A stretch of DNA of 60,619 nucleotides, filler included. It is 3 parts of 3 records of this genome, joined end to end, with 100 filler letters (N's around TTAATTAATTAA, not from the genome) between each part and the next. Parts side by side here need not be neighbours in the genome. Positions count along the whole stretch, not along the records: positions 51,746 to 60,619 come from SRR31156797_2175; 2 more parts are not named here. One strand, written 5' to 3'. The position numbers were made by a program, and so were the translations under genes. This document shows positions 57,610 to 60,619 of this stretch, in pieces. The notes under the pieces are model-generated. The model was not told the origin of the DNA, searched no databases, and was given only the letters and a program-made list of their open reading frames with translations. Positions within the stretch are counted from its first letter, which is position 1. Each line of letters begins with the position of its first letter.

Positions 57610-59181
57610 TTAACGGTATCTTTTAGGATTAAGTCCGTATTTTGAAACCTTGTAACGGATGATTCTTTCCGTGGTTTGAAGCCGGCGGGCCGCCGCGGCC
57701 ATGTTACCGCGGGCGCTTTTTAGAGCGTCCGCGATTATGTCTTTTTCCACTCCGGCCAGTATGTCGGTCAGGGATGTCGAAACGGTTGCGGCGGTCTGTT
57801 CTTCCGTTCTAAGCGTGGGCGGAAGGTGGTAGGAATGAATGACCGTTTCATTGGTAAGAAGAACGGCTCGTTCCATGCAGTTTTCCAGTTCACGGACATT
57901 GCCCGGCCAGTGATACGACATAAGAGCGTCAATAGCCGATGTGGAAAGACGCCGCACGTCTTTCTTGTGCCGCTGCCCGTATTTTTCCACAAAATGGTCG
58001 GCCAGAAGCAGAATGTCTGTGGGACGTTCCCGCAGGGGCGGCAGGAAAATAGGGAAAACATTCAGCCGATAGTACAGGTCTTCCCTGAATTCCCCTTCTT
58101 CCATGGCCGCCTCGAGATCCCTGTTGGTTGCGGTTAACACGCGCACGTCTATTTTTCTGGGTTTGACGTCGCCCAACCTTTCGACTTCCATTTCCTGTAA
58201 TACTCTTAACAGCTTGGCCTGGGCTTCTATATTAATGGATCCGATTTCATCAAGAAAGATCGTTCCGCCGTGAGCAAGTTCGAATTTGCCCGGCTTGTCC
58301 TTGGCCGCGCCCGTAAAAGCGCCTTTTGTGTGGCCGAAAAGTTCGCTTTCAATAAGAGATGACGGCAGGGCCGCGCAATTCACCTTTATGAAAGGTCCCT
58401 TGGCCCTTTGGCTGTTGTAATGTATGGCCGCGGCCACAAGTTCCTTGCCCGTGCCGGATTCGCCTCGGATTATGACCGTGGCCGTGGATTCGGATACCTG
58501 GTTGATCAGGTAAAAAACTTCCCTCATTTTATTGGAGTTGCCGACTATACGGTGCGTGGAAAACTTCTCGGCCAGGGCCATGGAAAGCATTTCGTTTTCG
58601 CGGCGAAGTTTTTCCTGATCCCTGTTCACGGCTTCCAGTTTGACCGCGGTCCTGGCTACGAGGGAAGCCACAATAATCAACAGGCGAAGGTCCTGTTCCA
58701 GGGATTCCATATCTTCAAAAACGCGATCGGCGGACAAAGCTCCGATGACCTTGTTGTCCAGTTTTATGGGGACGCATAAAAAGGAAATGTCTTCTTCGGG
58801 TCCCCTTTTTCGGGCTTTGGTGCGGTCCAGGAACTGGGGCTCTTCGCTGATATGGGGAACGACAATGGGTTCGCCTGTTTCCACAACCCGGCCGGTTATG
58901 CCTTCGCCTCTTTTATACCTGCCTCTGCGGACGGCTTCGTTGGATAGTCCGTGGGCGGCTTCAACGCGCACATTATCTCCGTCCGGGGTTATCAGGGTGA
59001 CGGTGGGCCGCATAAGCCCAAGGCGCCTGGCCACAATATTCATCACATCGGTCAGGGACTGTCGCAGGTCCATGGCGCCGGCCACGGCTCCCGCGATTTC
59101 ATACAGGGCTTCCAGTTCTTCCTGGGTGGTGACCTGTGACTCGTCAGGGTTGTCTGAGATATCCACCGAGACTTCCTCCAT
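57610..59181 (-). CDS. Sigma54-dependent activator, GAF-AAA+-HTH (NifA-like architecture)
   Basis: [48 protein letters not shown], Fis-type HTH. Confidence 0.95.
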   Translation of the reverse strand: MEEVSVDISDNPDESQVTTQEELEALYEIAGAVAGAMDLRQSLTDVMNIVARRLGLMRPTVTLITPDGDNVRVEAAHGLSNEAVRRGRYKRGEGITGRVVETGEPIVVPHISEEPQFLDRTKARKRGPEEDISFLCVPIKLDNKVIGALSADRVFEDMESLEQDLRLLIIVASLVARTAVKLEAVNRDQEKLRRENEMLSMALAEKFSTHRIVGNSNKMREVFYLINQVSESTATVIIRGESGTGKELVAAAIHYNSQRAKGPFIKVNCAALPSSLIESELFGHTKGAFTGAAKDKPGKFELAHGGTIFLDEIGSINIEAQAKLLRVLQEMEVERLGDVKPRKIDVRVLTATNRDLEAAMEEGEFREDLYYRLNVFPIFLPPLRERPTDILLLADHFVEKYGQRHKKDVRRLSTSAIDALMSYHWPGNVRELENCMERAVLLTNETVIHSYHLPPTLRTEEQTAATVSTSLTDILAGVEKDIIADALKSARGNMAAAARRLQTTERIIRYKVSKYGLNPKRYR

Positions 59182-59233
59182 TTCACGGGGTCCGGGGTTG
59201 CGAAAAACGCTTTTCTGACCTTATAGCACAAAA

Positions 59234-59247
59234 CGACAAAAATGTCG
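59234..59247. promoter_or_regulatory. Palindrome CGACA-AAAA-TGTCG upstream of the sigma54 activator
   Basis: Perfect 5+5 inverted repeat in the short promoter region. Confidence 0.45.
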
Positions 59248-59258
59248 GCATAAATAAT

Positions 59259-59288
59259 AAAAAAAAGGCCGGCGAAAAGGCCGGCCTT
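59259..59288 (-). terminator. Intrinsic terminator for the TPR gene
   Basis: AAGGCCGGC / GCCGGCCTT with a T-tract on the minus strand. Confidence 0.8.
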
Positions 59289-59311
59289 ATAGCAATTGTT
59301 TAAAGTTACTA

Positions 59312-60055
59312 TTAATAATCTTTTAACAGTTTCTTGGCTTCGGCGATGTCGTCCTTGCAGCTCGGGTCTTTTCCGCTGCAGGTTCCGGCTGCTGCTGTTT
59401 CCATGGCTTTTTTGGCTTCGGCGTCTTTGTCTTCATCTTTTAACACTTCGGCCAGGTAAATCCAGGCTCTCCAGTTTTTAGGGGCCATCTTGACCGTTTT
59501 TTGCAGCAGTTCGATTGACTTGTCGTTATCGCCCCCGGCGATGCCCGGTAGTTTAAAATACATTCTGCCCAATACCATGTTGGCGCCGGCGTTATTGTAT
59601 TTGGGGTTGATTTTATTGACTTTGGCCATGGCCTCCTTGATCGGGTCCACAAGCGCCAGGCTTTTAAGGACGCCCTTGGCTTGTCCGTATAGGCCGTAGT
59701 TTACGCCGAGCCAGTAATGGGGTTCGACGCTGTTGGGCGCCAGTTTGGCGGCTTTTTTGGCTGCTTCAATGGCTTCTTCGTGTATGGCCATTTTATCGTT
59801 TTTGCTTTTGGATTTGTTACCTACCCAGTAAAGGGCGCGGGAAAGTTTCCACCAGCCTTCCGCTTTGGCCTGATCCGCAGCCGTTGCTTTCCGGTAGGTT
59901 TCAACCGCCATTTTCGCTTTTGCCAGATCGGCGCGCTGGGCGTACCAGTCGTCGCCTTCCTTTATCAGGGCCGCATAATCGGCTGCCAGACAAAGGCCCA
60001 GGTTCACCATCAGAAATGAAACAACAACCAAAACACCAACAAATGCCTTTTTCAT
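59312..60055 (-). CDS. Exported TPR protein (TatT-like)
   Basis: Signal peptide; EPHYWLGVNYG, VLGRMYFKLPGIAGGD. Confidence 0.75.
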   Translation of the reverse strand: MKKAFVGVLVVVSFLMVNLGLCLAADYAALIKEGDDWYAQRADLAKAKMAVETYRKATAADQAKAEGWWKLSRALYWVGNKSKSKNDKMAIHEEAIEAAKKAAKLAPNSVEPHYWLGVNYGLYGQAKGVLKSLALVDPIKEAMAKVNKINPKYNNAGANMVLGRMYFKLPGIAGGDNDKSIELLQKTVKMAPKNWRAWIYLAEVLKDEDKDAEAKKAMETAAAGTCSGKDPSCKDDIAEAKKLLKDY

Positions 60056-60539
60056 TTACTTCTCCCTCCACGACTAGCAGTTAGAATGAACCGGCGAAAC
60101 AGGGTAAAAAGCCTTGGCGGCAGTCCCGCCCCGCCTAAGGAATCAGGTTTGAAGAAACCGCTTTTTTCCTTCCGTCGCTTTAGCGCAGCCCTTCCGCCAA
60201 GGCGCCCCATGCTCGAAAAACGGCATAAAAAGCAACTTTTCCTTGGAGCGGATGCCCTAATTCGACGGTTAGATAAAGTTAAGAATAACGGCCGCGACTT
60301 TTTATGTTGTTTAAATCGCGAGCCTGCCTCCCACTTGCCCGGAAAAAAAATTCAAAAAAAGATGCGGCAAACCTGAAATTATGGGAGCCCGATTTAAAGC
60401 CGATCAAGGCCCGTTTAGCCCGGTTTTCGGGATAAACCCTTGATTAACGGCCTTAAAATGGGGCCGGCCGGCCAATCCCCATGAATGTATTTAATCCGGG
60501 TTAAAGCTGATTACTTCAATCAAACCTGATGTTATCATA

Positions 60540-60569
60540 TTGACACGCGTTTGGGAACATGTTAAAAAT
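60540..60569 (+). promoter_or_regulatory. Sigma70 promoter for the tRNA
   Basis: TTGACA-N17-TAAAAA with extended -10 TG. Confidence 0.65.
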
Positions 60570-60579
60570 CGTCTGGTCT

Positions 60580-60619
60580 GGAGGGATGGCCGAGTGGCTT
60601 AAGGCGGCGGTCTTGAAAA
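60580..60619 (+). tRNA. tRNA-Ser (anticodon TGA), 5' portion, truncated by the window end
   Basis: GGAGGGATGGCCGAGTGGCTTAAGGCGGCGGTCTTGAAAA: D-loop GG and anticodon loop CTTGAAA typical of tRNA-Ser. Confidence 0.92.

Noticed and set aside
57610-59181. Calling the activator nifA
   Set aside because: The architecture is shared by many GAF bEBPs and there are no nif genes in the segment
60086-60376. 96-aa ORF upstream of the tRNA
   Set aside because: No SD, low-complexity basic sequence, no motifs; probably intergenic
60580-60619. tRNA-Ser as an integration site of an island
   Set aside because: The 3' end lies outside the window; no integrase or duplicated tRNA end is visible
1-60619. CRISPR arrays, IS elements, prophage genes
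   Set aside because: No regularly spaced direct repeats or transposase/integrase/phage motifs were seen by eye

Overview
The window is not one locus. It is three unrelated contig fragments joined by two artificial 100-nt spacers (44 N + TTAATTAATTAA + 44 N; 28513-28612 and 51646-51745). Segment 1 (1-28512, moderate GC, Desulfovibrionaceae-like by inference) holds an hcp/HcpR nitrosative-stress cluster with FNR-type boxes, cheV, a type I secretion cassette (TolC, ABC with degenerate motifs, HlyD) coupled to a TPR-glycosyltransferase, a frameshifted CHASE2 adenylate cyclase, an AT-rich orphan STAND-type NTPase with 44-aa helical repeats (NLR-like, candidate defence gene), a cysteine synthase fused to a catalytically degenerate CysRS-like domain, a Maf flagellin glycosyltransferase with a sigma54 promoter, PAP2/ArnT, an HDOD protein, nadE and a truncated histidine kinase. 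Segment 2 (28613-51645, high GC, alphaproteobacterial-like) is a ~22 kb catabolic cluster of unknown substrate: two TctABC systems, a TRAP system, an MFS, two IclR regulators, two paralogous cytoplasmic Asp-box beta-propellers, a ThDP enzyme, an HpcH aldolase, SnoaL-like, cupin and DUF6282-like proteins, followed by a partial ppc. Segment 3 (51746-60619, deltaproteobacterial-like) has an amidohydrolase, a Na+/solute symporter, a GDPD, a plant-type methionine gamma-lyase, a NifA-like sigma54 activator, a TatT-like TPR protein and a truncated tRNA-Ser(TGA). No CRISPR array, transposase or integrase was seen. The best novelty candidates are the STAND-repeat gene, the CysK/pseudo-CysRS fusion and the catabolic cluster. 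All family assignments come from motif recognition; no database search was run.
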